Shown: positions 14,641 to 29,150, counted from the first letter of the stretch. The stretch is DNA of 64,000 bases from Blasia pusilla (GCA_050084515.1 CM114271.1:46686001-46750000), one strand, 5' to 3'. Numbers and translations are program-made. Notes: generated from the sequence alone by a model not told the origin.

Positions 14641-16452
14641 GGTGTTCTAGTACATCTTTGACATTTACTTCTTACTAGCTTCTTTAAACATAAAGCACTT
14701 GTCAAACCTCCTTTGCCGAGAACTCAAAAAATCACATAGTGGAAAAATATTTGGCTTTGACTTGCTCCTATTGAAGCAGAATTAGAATATTGAAGGTAAA
14801 AAATACAAAAGGTGAAGAAAATTAACCCTTGACTTAATTATAATTACTTAAGCTTGATATTCTTTTTGATTATTCTTGCTTAAAAGAAAATTTTGTTGTT
14901 TCAATCAACGTCCATAGAGGTAGGAACAAGCAAAAATTTCTTAAATAGAAGAAGCCTAAAAGGATGTGTGGTAGTGCTTAATAGGCTTAGGAGCAACTAC
15001 ATAAGGTAAGTTTCTGGATTTAACTTACCACGAAGGTTGGATGGCATAAATCTTTACATATTTACAAGAGAAACTGCTAATGATTACACATATTAGACAA
15101 ATTTAACAACTCCCCCCTCCCCGCCCTAAAATGAGGATCCTATGTTAAGAAAATCCTAGTAAGGACTCGTAAGGGACTGTGCGATGCATGGACCCTTGTC
15201 TGATAATTCATGTTTCAATCTCACTCCTTACCAATCTCTCTTTACGACTTCCAATTAACGTGAACAAAAGTATTTTTGAGAGAAATCTAATGACAAGTGT
15301 CAAAAAATTGAAAAAATGACTTGAAAAAATCTTCCAATATTATAATATATAGACTAAACTAATAAAGATAATCTGTTCATCACTACATTCTCTATGAAAA
15401 AGTTCGTTTTGTAAGGCCATGAAAATAGTAAATATGTACTCCTCCTATTCCAACAAAGAGCCCGCCAATATTCAAAGAACAAAAAGAAAGAACTATAAAG
15501 AAGATGTATTTATTGATCTTCCGGCTTCGTGAGACAGAAAGAGAATCCACATAAAAAAAATTGATTTAAAATAAAAATGATTGATCAATCATGCCAATTG
15601 GCCAACTGACATCAATAAGATGCCACAAAGAGAGTGAGTGCCCCCTTCATTTTCGTTCGTTCCCTTCTAATTAAATTAAATAAATAGGATCGCTCGGAAA
15701 TTATAAAAGTTAATTACTTAGAGGAGTTCATTCAAATCCCGGGGCTCACGCTAGTGACTAATCTTATCTCTTAAATAAAACCCCAAGTACCAAATTATCG
15801 GGTGGTGTGGAGCTCTACCGAGGCGGCCGAGGATGGTGAAGAGGCGCGGACGGATTTTGATGGAGTGATGGAGGATGGAGGGGGGTCGTGTGTTATACCG
15901 AAACGGAGATATCGGTCTCCTCTACGTTTTGATCCGCAGTGTCAATCTTATAGTGAAGTATTTTTCATTTTATTTTGTTTCTTAGATTCTTGATTTTTTA
16001 GGGTTTCTCATGTAGGTGTTAGGGTCCTCTTTGTTGTCTCATTTTGTTGTCATGTCATGAATGTTTCCAAGACAACTCATGTTGTTCTTCCACACCACCT
16101 TTTTTTTTTCTATGTCCTTATCATGTAGCCACGCATGTTTCTCGCTCACGTTTGACCCATTTTTTCTCCCTTATCCCACTCTATTCCCATCTATTTTTTC
16201 AAGACTTTTCTCTTTCCATATCATTAGTATCTCCATACTACCTCTACATTGTTTTGGGAAGGGGTTGGGCTATAAGTCCTAGGTGAATATGGCAGATGAG
16301 AGTTCATACTAGGGAGAGCATTTTCGTGGATGGGAAGAGAGTCGATTACCATTAGTGCTAGTTTGAATGGGGGTTGTGGGGCAGATTCTGGTGGGGATTG
16401 TCTCTCGAGTTTGACGGAGGGGGTCATGTTCTCTTTTTGGTGAGCGGTGTTC

Positions 16453-19400
16453 ATGCCTCCACCCGCATTGGCCCCTCGCGAAGGGGCCCGTGGGTCATCT
16501 AGTCGGGATACGAAATGCCCTTGTTGTCTCGAATTCTTCACTCGTTCAGGAATTCGGAACCACTTAGCGGCTTAACATCGTGACTTTGATAGATTTGGAT
16601 GGGTGGTTCCTCCAGTCGATCATGGATGCTCACCGGTGCTTCATGCATCATCGCCCCCTCTCGAGGCATGGGAGTTGTTGAGGTCCCACCTTGGCAGCAT
16701 CACGGGTCTCTTTGAGACCCGTTTTCCTTGCCCGAGGTTGTTTCATAGGATCCCCCATGCCATTCGGGATGAGCTTCGCCAGACTTTCCTCCTTTCCCTA
16801 TCTAGGATCGCGCTTGATCCTATGGATGAGCTCTCGTGGTATCTACTACTTCTGCTTCCATGATGGTATCTTCACTATACCAGAGGAGGGAAGACTGGCC
16901 ATAGAGAGCATCTGGCCCGATTGCGGCGCTTTCGAGGAGGCGATTGGGAGTCTCTGCAGAGCGAGTTTGTGGCATATACAAGAGGTAGCACTTCACTTGG
17001 TTTCCTAGCGGACGATCTTGTAGCAACCAGATTGCGACGATGTAGGACACTTGGGCAAGCCAGGGAGTACTCGAAAGCGGCTCGTGCGCTCCTCCCTATG
17101 GATATGGCTCCTCCTTCCGCTGTTACCATCGACGCCTTCCGGAGGCTACATCCTCGTCCAGTGGTTGACATCCTAACATTTGTACGTGACTTCCATCGTG
17201 ACACGACCTTATGCCTAGACGTATCCCTTTTTGCATGGGCACTCAGGGGCGTTCCCCTAGGATAGCAGCTGGAGGGTTGTCCGGTATGATGTATGAACAC
17301 CTTCGTGATTGCTTTCCCCCCGAGGACTCTGCTAGCGGCTTTTCCGAGTTACTTCAGGTTGCTTCTCACCTAGCTCAGGGGAGAGTGCCAACAACAATAG
17401 CCTAGGTATTGGGGGCGGGGCGACTTTTGGCATTGTCGAAGGAGGGTGGAAGGATCCGTCCGATCGCCATAGGGGAGGTGCTCTTGCGATTGGTGAGTAG
17501 CACTATCGCTTTGCAATTCCGTGAGGCTTTCCAGTCACATCTGAGTCCGAACCAGTTCGGAGTTGCCACACCAGCCGGTTGTGAGGCGGTAGCCTTAGGT
17601 TTGAGGGCTTATTTAGATATACATCATGAGTGGATGGTTCTCCAAGTTGATGTGGAGAACGCCTTTAACTCAGTGTCTCAGGCAGCTATCTTCACGGAGC
17701 TGAGAGACGTAGGGGGTCCTATTGCGAGTCTGATTCCCTTCGTGCATGCTTTTTATGGGCCTCCCTCGGCTATCTATTTTCACCATGGTACGTTCGAGGA
17801 GGAGGTCACGGTCTTGGAGTCTGTTACCGGGACGCGTCAGGGTGATCCCTTGGGTGGTGCATTGTTTGCTTTGGCTCATTATCGAACGGTTCTTTCTACG
17901 GTGGAGGCTTTCCGGGGTTGCATTTTCCCTTCGTTGGCAGATGATACTCATATTGCTGGCCCTGGAGACCTGGTCGTTCTTGCATTTGAGCACTTTTCAA
18001 CACAATTGGCACGTGTCGGCCTCGCGGTGAAGGTGGGAAAGTGCAGGGCTTGGTCTTTATTAGACTTGTCAACGGATATTCATTTACCCGAAGATTTTTT
18101 GACACCTGTTGGAGGGCTTCGCGTCTTGGGAGTCCCACTCCGGAGCCATGACTTTGTATCGAGTTTTATAGCGGCGTCTCTTACCGAGGATCTTCTCCAT
18201 GTCGACGATCTCATGAGGATTGGTGACCCTCAAGTAGGTTATGGAATCCTCTCGTCATGTTTTGCTCGTAGACCTGGTTATCTGTGTAGAATCGAGTGGG
18301 CGTCTAGCCATATTTCTTCCTTGTATAGATCCTTTGATAGAAAGATCATGCAAATGTTTGGGGATCTTCTAGGACCCGGCTCATTAGAGTGGCCCGCGGG
18401 GGAGTTAGCTTGTAGACAGGCTTCTTGGCCGAGTGCCTTGGTTGAGTAGGTCTCATAGCGACCGAGTTAGTGGCATCTTCACCTGTTTTAGGGAGTTGGG
18501 CCACTGTAGCACCCCTCCTTTGCTCCCAATTTTTGGGCAGGGATAGATCGCTACTTTTACAGTACTTTTCCCAGGTTGAGGATGGTCTTTTCCCACTTCA
18601 GTCTTCATTCACAGCTTGTAGAGACTCCCTTCTTGTTGAGGCTAGAGCAGTTCTTCCCGCTTTCTCTTCCCTAGTTACCTCCGGACAGTCTGGGCTCCAA
18701 TCTTCTTTGATAGAAGCCCACTTTGATGTATTGTTTAGAGCTAGTATGTCGGACGGGAATATCCCCATGGAGGTTCGGGCCCGTATTCGCTCTTGCTCTG
18801 GAAAGGGGGCAGGCTCATGGATGGGGGCTCGTCCCCTCATCGTGGCTTTCCGCATCGCACCACTCACCTACACTACAACGATGCGGTTCCGACTGGGCTG
18901 CCCCAACCATTGGTGATTGGTTTGACACATTACGAGTGTCGCCAGAGTCTGGATCCACTTGGTGTGCATTTGGCACGATGTCCAGTCAGGGGTGAGAGGA
19001 TAGCCACTCACGATGCAGTGCGGGGTATTATGTTCTCTATTGCTCGGGAGAGTGGATTCCATGTACATAGAGAGAGGCACTACTCCATGCGGGATTCCCT
19101 CATCCGTGCTGATCTCTACATGACATGCGAGTCTGAGGTGGTGGTAGCAGATGTTGTAGTGACGGATCCTACGTGGGAGGCGGTGCGAGCCCAAGTGGTG
19201 GCACAAGGGAGATTGCTACAAGGAGCGGCGGCGGCCGCGGTCAAGAAGACCCACATTTATAGTCGACTTCATGACGGACATCGATTGATCCCCCTAGCCA
19301 TTGAGATGTACGGGGCTATGGGGAAGAGGTTTGACTTGTTCCTTATGGATTGCGCCCATCATCTCAAGTCGATAAATGGGTTTTCCTTAGCCACAGCGAT

Positions 19401-19730
19401 ACTTTATTGTAGGCAACGGGTTTTCCTTAGCCACAACGATACTTTATTGTAGGCAACGGGTCTCCATAGCTTTGCAGAGTGCCCAGGCAAATGGGCTTTT
19501 GCGGCGGGCTCAGGCGGTTGGAGACGCCAATGCTACAGACCCACTTAGTAGCACTCATAATTCTCTAGGTGTTGCTGATATTATCTCTGTTGTTGGTGAT
19601 TTTGGTCGTTAGGGGGGAAGGCCCCCTTCTTTCTCATCGGGGCCGGTTCCGACCTTCGGAGTTTTTTTCTCTCTATGCCCCATTTGTATCCTGATGGCTT
19701 TCCCATCCTATTTTTTATTTATATATATAT
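16453..19730 (+). mobile_element. CRE-like non-LTR retrotransposon (C2H2 finger, RT, CCHC-like motif, restriction-like endonuclease), disrupted single ORF ~16453-19612; 5' boundary uncertain
   Basis: KCPCCLEFFTRSGIRNHLAA*H; RT motifs RIRPIAIGEVLLRL, DVENAFNS, GTRQGDPLGGALF, SLADD; ECRQSLDPLGVHLARC; HDAVR; RADL..VADVVVTDP..KK..PLAIEMYG; RQRVSIALQ. Ends in a T/TA-rich tract near 19710-19735. Confidence 0.85.
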
Positions 19731-21268
19731 TTTATTAATTCCAGGGCTTTTGGAAACGATCTCTAGAATTAATCCACCTGGCAGACCAGACGAAGAAGTG
19801 TCCAATCCTATTATCCGGGAATCACGAAGAGGGTTCTATAAGAAAGTGACACGTACTTCGATGAGTCACATACACCTCAATCCAGATTCCAGGACGAGGT
19901 CGTGAATCGTTGTGGCACCTCCCTCGAGAAAGCCTTAAAGTGGATCTCTCTTCACAAGTGAGAGCGCAGATCTCACAGTTATGTTATGGGAATCCGTAAT
20001 TTAATTTAATTGTAAATAGTGTAACCGTCTCTGGAATCTTTACTTTCTCCCATGATCCTATCCTCCGTTCGAGAGACCTTCCGTTACGATATTAGTTCTC
20101 CGGGCTTCTCCTTCGTTCGAGAAGAGCTTCCATTTATAATGCTTTTGGATTTGCTTCGGATGAAGTTAGTGTTTTTTTTTGAATTTGTATGTAATATATT
20201 AATTTCTTTCCTCCATTTCACTGACTTTCGAGCATTTTTTATTTCTCATGACACCTTAGACATTCATTATCGTGGATGTTCAAATCCTCGAAATTCTCAA
20301 TTCATGCTCATGAATCATGTCATCTTGTTGGGGTTGAGAGATCGAAAAAAATTGATCCAACTTTGCTGTAAAGGTTGGATGTCATGAAAAGATGTGTATT
20401 GTCGTAATAATAACTCATTTATATCTAGCGTCGCATCCGACCTTTATCTGGCCCTCCCTGCCCCCACTCGACGACCGACCCTCCCTAGCCTACCACTGCC
20501 ATTTGTTAAAATGCAGTTTTTTTCCCTGCCCGGATCCGACTGCCCGACTGCAGCCAATAAAGGCCGGCAAGCGGGTGTTTCGAAAATCGATGGAAGGCAC
20601 GCTAAAAGCGTCTAGATAGAAATGAAATATTATTATGAATTATCATTTACATCGAGTATGCATTGGAGGGAGTATATTCGTTCCAACTGCCTAATTGTAC
20701 GTTACTAGTTTCACGACACTTCTCATGATGATAAAAAATAATGTTAAAATAATCATTCGTACTTTTGGATTTCGATATTCCATGGTTCCTGAATCCTGAG
20801 GAGTTTGCAAAATGAAGGTGGCACTCCAATGGCAGGTTCACGGAGAAGGAGCACTGTGGAAGACATGAATGTAGATAAATTCCTACCCTTTGGGTGCCAA
20901 TTTATTCGTTGACCGATCCTCGATTAACCTTCTGCAACTTGGTTCGTTCCGGTGTTCGAGCTGAATATGATGCGGGTGCTGGTGCGGCAGGTCGTGGGGT
21001 GTTCCTTGCAACGATGCCTTGTATCGCCAAGCAGTGCCTATATCAGTAGGTTCCGACTGGTGAGCAACATGGCGATCCGTCCGCAATCGATTCGGTATTA
21101 GAGTTCGAGTTGCGTCCACTCTCCAGTGCCGGGAAGAACGACACTCAGGAGCAGTACCCAAGAGAATGAGCATGAGCATGAGCAGCTATCGAATTCACAT
21201 TTGATCGGAGTTGAGAGATTTGTGACAGGGCTTGTCGTGACAATTTCCGTGCAGGCCGTCATAGAGGG

Positions 21269-24200
21269 ATGGGTGTCGGAGCTGGAGCTGGAGAGAATGG
21301 GCAGCGTCAAGTGTATTGCATTGGCGCTATGGATACGAAGGCGGTTGATATTAGATATGTCGCAGATGCTCTTGGGTCGGCTCTATCGAAATTCTTGCCC
21401 GCTTCAAAGCACGTGAGTGCCGGTGTTGGCAGATCGTCCATCATCTTGCTGGATGTGTGTGGTTATCATGCTCGTTCTGAGAGAACATGAGTTAATTTTG
21501 AGGACAGTGTAGTACAAGAATGATGTCACGGAGACAGATCGTCTCTGAATTGGATCATCGCACGAGCTCGAGCTCAATTTCGAATCTTCCGATTTCCCAT
21601 ATTCGATGATCGAAGTCGCTGTCCTGTAATGGAATAATGAAAAAGAAATCTCCTTTTCTGACGTGGAAAAGGAAATTTATAAATCACAAATTCCACTGAA
21701 CCGTTGCTCCGTCTTGTAGCATGGAAGTTGATTCTGTGAGGGTGGAAGGATGCTTTGGTTTAGTCGGGACTAGTCTAGAGTTCTTCCTTAGTTCAACTCG
21801 ATAACTTGTGAGCTACTTTCTCAAATTGCATGGACAGTGTAGCGCATTTGGGTACCGAGTTGAGGTACCGGCTACAAGTTCTCTGGTACTCAGATTGCCA
21901 CCTTCCTGGCGCCTCTACATGCTGTCAGTATGTGCTGCAGCTACTCTTTAGTCTAAGAGATACCTTTAAAGATTAAAGTCTGATTATCCATTACATTCAC
22001 GAGAAGTCCTGCTACACGAAGGAATCGAGTGTGGATCCCCTGATAAGCAAAGTGGGCCTCAACAGAAGATACCGTCCAGTAGAGTCAGCTGGGTAGTCTC
22101 ATCGTTCTTGAATGCTTTGGTGCACGGGAGCTATGGTTCAACGTTTTAAGGTTCAACAGGTTCAAGCTGTGATTGTGAACAGTAGAAACCGTCCAGTGAA
22201 GTCAGCTGGGAAATCCCAGCGTCCTTGAATGCTTCGGTGCACGGGAACTATGGTCTTGACGTTTTAAGGTGGGTCGTGCAACAGGTTCAAGTTGTGATAG
22301 TGGACATCTCTACAGCAAAATCAAATCACAACAAACCAGAAGTGTTGTGCACGAAAAGAGAGGAAGTCCTGCGTCACCACCCTGACATCACGAAGAGATC
22401 GGTGGCTGCTATTCCCAGTGACAGGGGAGCGGCAGTGCAACTTATGAGTGAAGCCCTTGTTGAGTTCCTGAAATGTCGTCACTCGGAAGGATCTTTACTA
22501 GGTGCCATTGGCTTAGGAGGCTCTGGAGGGACTTCTATGCTTGCACCCGGTTTAAGAGCCATGCCATTGGGAGTTCCTAAAGTGTTGGTCTCCACTGTGG
22601 CCAGTGGAAATACAGCACCCTATCTTGAATCCTCAGACCTTAATCTAGTTCCTTCAGTGGTTGATGTGGCTGGCTTAAACAGTATTAGTCGAAAAATATT
22701 GGCGAATGCTGCTGCCTCTTTGGCCGGCATGGTGGCTTGCCAGGTCGAAAACGGATTGAAAGGGGAGGACACGGACAATGTTTCTGTTGGATTGACAATG
22801 TTCGGAGTAACTACATCTTGTGTGACTGCCGTGCAGAAGCAATTAGCAGCTCGTGGGTACGAGCCGATTGTGTTCCATGCCACTGGGAAGGGTATGTTGG
22901 TCGATTCTGTGTCTGAGTATTGAATTTCATTTGTTTCTGACAGATTTACGGTACATTTCTGGCCCAGACTCGTCCAGTAGAATGTTCACAGTGATCCGCC
23001 TGAACCATACTTAAATGACTCGCTGATAATCGATGTTCAATCTTTGAACAGGAGGGCAGGCTATGGAGGGTTTGGTGGAGCAAGGACTTTTACAGGTTTG
23101 TAGCACCCCTCTTCTCAGAAGTTGGTTCAGGTGAGAGCCTCAGATTTCTCGAGGAGCTATCCGAGGGCTGCTTGATGAACAGCTGCAGGATTAGTATGTT
23201 CATCAGTGTACTGACTGATTACAGAGTGAGAATGACTGAATGCTTGAAACCGTACTAAAAGGAGAGAATAGCAAGGAAGAAGGGAAAATAAGGCAGTCTT
23301 TACCAAACATCTACCCCAGCCCTGCAAACATAGAATCCTTTGTCCATGGATTAGTGAGGAGATGAGAAGGAAAGGAAGGCTTGCAATCAGATAATGACCA
23401 TCGAAAAAACCTTCACAGTCCAAGTTTAATGGGAATTATGTCTAGCAGAAGGCATAAGCTGGTAAATGTTTGGAAGAAGTAAAGGCGAATCAGGTTTCAC
23501 AACTGTCGTATTTTCATTTAAATCTTGTTATTGTTGGTCCTTATGTCATCCTGTCAGGGATGGTTCACCAAAAATGAGTCAGACCCTGTCTTGCCTCATC
23601 ATGTGGCTTATGGTCAGACAATCTGTTGTCATAGAGAATTCAAAGAGATGCTTTTGATTTCAGGGGGTGATTGACATCACAACGACAGAGGTCTGTGATT
23701 ATGTGGTGGGGGGCACAATGCCTTGCAGCAGCACTCGATTTGAGGCATCTTTGAACCGCCAAATCCCTCTGGTATTGAGTGTTGGTGCACTGGATATAGT
23801 TAACTTTGGAAGCTTGGATACTGTACCATCTGAATTTGCTGACCGACATCTTCATATTCATAACGAGCAGGTAAACCTGTTAGGCTAGGATTCCATTTCA
23901 TTCACATTAACCGTCTAATATCAATTCACTGAAGGAACAGTGTGCGTGGAATCTTTTCTTAATGTGATGCTAGTGTTGCATGTGTATTTTCTAGCCCCAC
24001 AGTGTAATACTTCGTCAATGAGGATCAAATTCTAGTCGCACAAACCTGAGAAACTTTAGCCTGTAAGACTAATTCATAGGAAATCAGGTGACTTTGATTG
24101 ATCTTTTCCAAACTGAAAATAATACTTTGCTGAGATCTATTTATTCTTATATTTTCGTCACTATTTCCAGGTAACTGCTATGCGGACCAACGTGGAAGAG

Positions 24201-27200
24201 AATCGGAAATTTGCACAATTCATTGCCCAACAACTGAATAAGTCAACTTCTCCTGTGCGTGTTTTACTGCCAGAGAGAGGAGTATCTGCATTGGATGCAC
24301 CAGGAATGCCGTTCTATGATCCTGAGGTGACGGGAGCTCTTGTACAAGAATTGGAACGGGCAATCCATCAAACTCCAGAGCGTAAAGTAAGATTCTTTGA
24401 CAGGGAATAGATATCTCCCTTCATCTGAGATTATGGGTGCTGTTTAGGGTTTAGTTGAAAGGCTTTGAATGATTCGTTTCTATGGACAAAGTAGCCTTAG
24501 AGCTTCTCCAATGCCTTTTAAATCAAGTGGAAAATTGAATAACAATCAAAATCAAGATGCTATCTCTCTCGTATCTTCAATGATCACCTGGGAATTTCTT
24601 TCTGAGAGCAAACCAGCATGGCCATCTCGCTGTTATTCAATGAAGATGTTATTATGTCAATGGGAAAGAAATCTTCTCGAGGTAGATTTCCAATACAGAA
24701 CGTAACTCATGTACTCCTGATATCTGGAGGTTATGTGGAAATTGAGCGACAGGTTCTTGACTCTTTTAAGGAGATATTGGTCAGAAGGCATCTGACAGAG
24801 ACTGTTGCAGGCTTCATATGTTAAGTCTCTCATGTAAAAGAACTTTGTACAAATGCCACTATAGTTTCTCTAATTTGTGTCCCCGGTTTAACTGGAAATG
24901 ACAGGTGATTAGACTGCCCTTCCATATAAATGATCCTGAGTTTGCTGAAGCACTCGTCTCAGAGTACTTGGATCTTACAAGTTCCTCAGTCACAAACCTG
25001 GAAGAAACAGTGTCTCAGAGTACATCTTCAGGTGCAAATCATAAAGCAGAGCAAGATTCTCACTCACCATCATGGGATACTGCATTTTACGATACCAGGT
25101 CCCAAATACAACATTTTCCAGGTGAGATTGTCTGCCTATGCGTCTGTCTTCTCTGTTGTAACAAAATTCTGGGCTGATCCCCAGAAACTCTGCACTGGTG
25201 CTGAATATGGTAAGTGCTCAGATTATATGAGAGGATCTCCCTTCCTCGTGTGGCCCTTTCTTCACTTTTATCCCTTTGACACTTGTACCCGACACTTGCA
25301 TTGTCCAACAAGGGCACAAAGTCTATGGCTACAAGGCTACAACAGGAAATGGAGCATGGTCTCTCCATTGCCATTTGCTCCAATAGCTCCTCTTATAATC
25401 ATTCTGCTAACTGATGCCTTCCGCAAGAACTATTGCATGATTGAGTAGTTTTTTTAGGGCTGTCAAACTATTGTGTACCATACGTCCCTAGATTAATGGA
25501 TATTTGGGAGTTCAAAAGAGCCTTTCCCAGACGGCAAATATTTTTATTCAAAAGAGGATTTCCCACATCTCAGGGCTCTGTATCTGGACTCATGATCAGA
25601 ACTAAGAAATTTGGCCACCTTTTTATTTTCGTGTCTGAGAATGAAGCAACTGATTTACTGCCCACAGGGAACCAGGAGGATTCTGAGACTTCAAAATTAC
25701 CATATTGGCCGTAGTTAGGAGTCTAAAATGTGGCCGATGAGTCAAATCCTGTCTCTGGATATGACGATCAGTGGATCACACGCTGGGAGTATTGGAAACA
25801 CTTATGTTCTTTTGGAAATATGGCCCAGGAACGATGAAAAGATATGAATCTACACTGGGAAAAATGCGGAGGCAGATCTCAGCGGGTATTCCAATCATTG
25901 GAGCTGGGGCAGGAACTGGCATATCAGCAAAGTTTGAAGAACAAGGAGGGGCAGATCTCATTGTTATCTATAACTCAGGACGCTTCCGAATGGCTGGAAG
26001 AGGATCTCTGGCTGGTCTCTTGCCCTTCAAAGATGCAAATGCAGTTGTGCTGGATATGGCAAACGAAGTCTTACCTGTGAGCAAAAAGCCCCTTTTCCCG
26101 TGAGCAATTACTGCGTTCAGGTGGATACATGTTCTTGAAGTCCTGGACATTGCTCATCTTGGATTTGTGTATGGCTTCCTGGGATTAAGGGACGTGCGGA
26201 TGCATCCTGCGCTATCTCAGGAAGATGGACTTGAAGGTTTGCCTAGTGACAAAAGGGCATAAGAAAAGTACTCCCTGGTTGAATTTGGTCCATTCTATTG
26301 ACATCATTGTCTCTTGGAGATTGGTGTAGGTGGTGAAAAACGTACCAGTTTTGGCAGGAGTGTGTGCTACGGATCCGTTCCGCCAGATAAGCCGTTTCTT
26401 ACGTGAACTTGAAAGCATCGGATTCTGCGGCGTGCAGAACTTTCCAACTGTTGGTCTATACGATGGAAATTTTCGTCAAAACCTTGAGGAAACTGGGATG
26501 GGCTATGGGTAGGGTGCCCCTTATCTGATTTCACCGAACTTGCATGTCGGCCTGGTGTTCTTATGCTTTTGGTTTAATTGAGACCACATTCCAACAGCTA
26601 TCGGAAGAACACTGACAAGACTTCCCAGCAATAGATACAACCGGAAGTTATGTTTGAAGTTTGAAGCTAATCAGGAAGTTTGAACTTTTGGTTCGTGTGG
26701 TAGCCTGGAGGTCGATATGATTCGGCAGGCGCATGCCATGGGTTTACTTACCACCCCATACGCATTCAACGTAGCAGAGGCCCGTGCTATGGCAGAGGCC
26801 GGTGCCGATATTGTGGTTGCCCATATGGGACTGACGACAGCCGGATCTATAGGAGCTCAAACGGCAGTCTCACTCGACAAGAGTGTAGAACTTGTGCAAG
26901 CCATTGCCGATTCTGCCAAAAAGATCAATCAACACGTCATTGTACTTTGCCATGGAGGTACTCCCTGTTTCGCCATCGAATTTGCAATGTGTGAAATTAC
27001 TTCAACATCGCTTGTAAACAATCATTTTGTTCAGAAACTACTATCGCAGTTTGATGCGGATACTGCGAATTAGCAGCATTTGTTAGGAACCTCCTACTTC
27101 TGACTGGGATAAGTTTTCACGTTTGGTAGGTCCGATCTCGGGACCTAAAGAAGCCGAGTACGTATTGCAACGTACACAAGGAGTGCATGGGTTCTACGGT

Positions 27201-27284
27201 GCGTCGAGCATGGAGCGATTGCCAGTTGAACAAGCAATCACTAATACAGTTCAGCAATATAAAGCTATCAGGTTACAAGTATGA
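21269..27284 (+). CDS. Tm-1-like protein (UPF0261 ATP-binding N-domain plus TIM-barrel domain), ~10 exons: 21269-21412, 22285-22891, 23052-23095, 23664-23870, 24171-24386, 24905-25121, 25829-26076, 26330-26508, 26704-26957, 27130-27284
   Basis: Spliced translation has [103 protein letters not shown] and [18 protein letters not shown], all characteristic of the tomato Tm-1 family. The exon 6/7 junction is least certain. Confidence 0.92.
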
Positions 27285-29150
27285 GTTTAGGGATCGGATT
27301 CAGTGAACATTCCTTGTTCCATGAACTCAACACAGGATTGCAGAATGAATAAAAGGACCACTTGAGACAAGCTACAGGATTCAAAACATGACCTCTTCAT
27401 CGTAAGTGACTGGATCACTTAAGAGTTCACAATCCTAGCAAATTCCATTATAAATTCTTCCCGCGACTACTAGTTTTTACTCTCCTTCTGGCCGCTGGAC
27501 AGGTTGTCGAGTCGCTTTTCAAGGCTTTCGCAATAATTTGATCTTCCAGTTCAGGATACAAACTTATTCCCATCAGTTCCGTTAAATGTGTTGGCAGCAC
27601 ATTTATTGCTCGTCTGCACTCTTTCTCTACACTCTAATTGTGGTTCCTGCGTCAATTACACGGACGATTCACGAGGGGAAGTTGTACTGGTCGTAGATGT
27701 ATACCTTCTTTGTTGTCGGTGCGTTGTCCATGTTGCCCACCTGATATTGTGTTCCTCCCGGCAGCCAAAAGTCTCAAACTATGCAGGACCATGGGCAACA
27801 ATGGAATGGAAACTTGGTCTTATCTTCCGCAGAGCGAAGTTACCACGCTTGCAGTGGGATTCCTATCGTCGCCAATCTCAAATCCAATTGGAACTCACGA
27901 TCGTTACCAGTTTGACTGTCGACTGGATGCGAACATGTTTTCCTCTCCTCTCATCCCTTACACCGCTAACCGGCTAAACATCGTTTGGGACAGAACGCTC
28001 TTAAATGGCGTTGCTACGTAATCACTTGAAGAAAGTCTGGAGCGCTTACAGCCTGACATTCGTCACCTCGTGCGATATCTGTGACCATATATTCAACGAC
28101 ATCGCAGTTCTCACGCATGTGTGCCTAGGACTTTCATATCGTTTCGCGTTCTCCCCAAGGAGGCAAAGTCCACGGACCATGCTCTAAAAGAAGAGAAGAA
28201 AGCTCAGGAATCTAAACTCTTCGTCGCCGCTACCTTTAAAAGAGAAGAAATAGTCCACGTACATAGACTACTTGTCGTCTCGGTAGCATATAAGAGACGA
28301 AACCCACGAGAGCCGTGATAACCTCGCAAAAGAGACAGTCACGCACATCACCTTTCGTGGTAGAAAGAATTAAAGATAGAACTTAGAAAAGGCTTACTTG
28401 TCAATGCCGGACGGCAGATTACCTCCAAGCTCAAGAAAGGTATGCCACGCCATGAAGAACGTGAAAGTTCTGCAACGATTCGGGCCAGCAAAGGGCGAAA
28501 CACAGATTCTTTCGATTGCCTTTCGTTTCTCTGACACGATTCCTCCGATTCTGGCGCGCCTACTTTGACGCACATTTTGACAGCAGTCTCTATAGACTCT
28601 ATTCAAGAGATTCTTGGTTGATCACGGACAGTAGGCGGCGTCAGACAAGACGCGAGCAGATATGCCAGCGCAGCAGCTGGGCGTCATTGTCGGTATTTGA
28701 ATTTTGAAGTTGGAAGGAGGTCAGCCGAGAAGATTACTTTAATAGAAAAAATAAATAAACTGTGTTAACTGGCTGGTCGCCGAATGGAAGGCGGGTTTCC
28801 ATTAATTTTTTTAAAAAAATTAGGAAGTAGTGGAAGATTAATGACGTTGCATACAAATTAAAATAAAATTTGTCCGTGACTTGTGAAATATTTTTTATAT
28901 GATTATCATGTGTCAAACATATAGGTATTCGTAAATCAAGAAGGCATTTTCCCATAATAATATAGATTTCACAATAATTTTTTAGATTTATTTAGAAAAA
29001 GATGAATGAATAATTGTTATAGGTTGTCGAAATATAGTTTTCCAACGCGATCGTCTTTGAAATAAGCTTGCGTATATGATTTGTAACATCCATGATTAAG
29101 ATCTGGCATGCGATTGGAATGGAAGGATCGTACGGAAAAGCAAGGAAGTT

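Noticed and set aside
16285-16320. Possible hammerhead ribozyme upstream of the CRE ORF
   Set aside because: The core reads CAGATGA rather than CTGATGA, and I could not find a GAAA partner with supporting stems.
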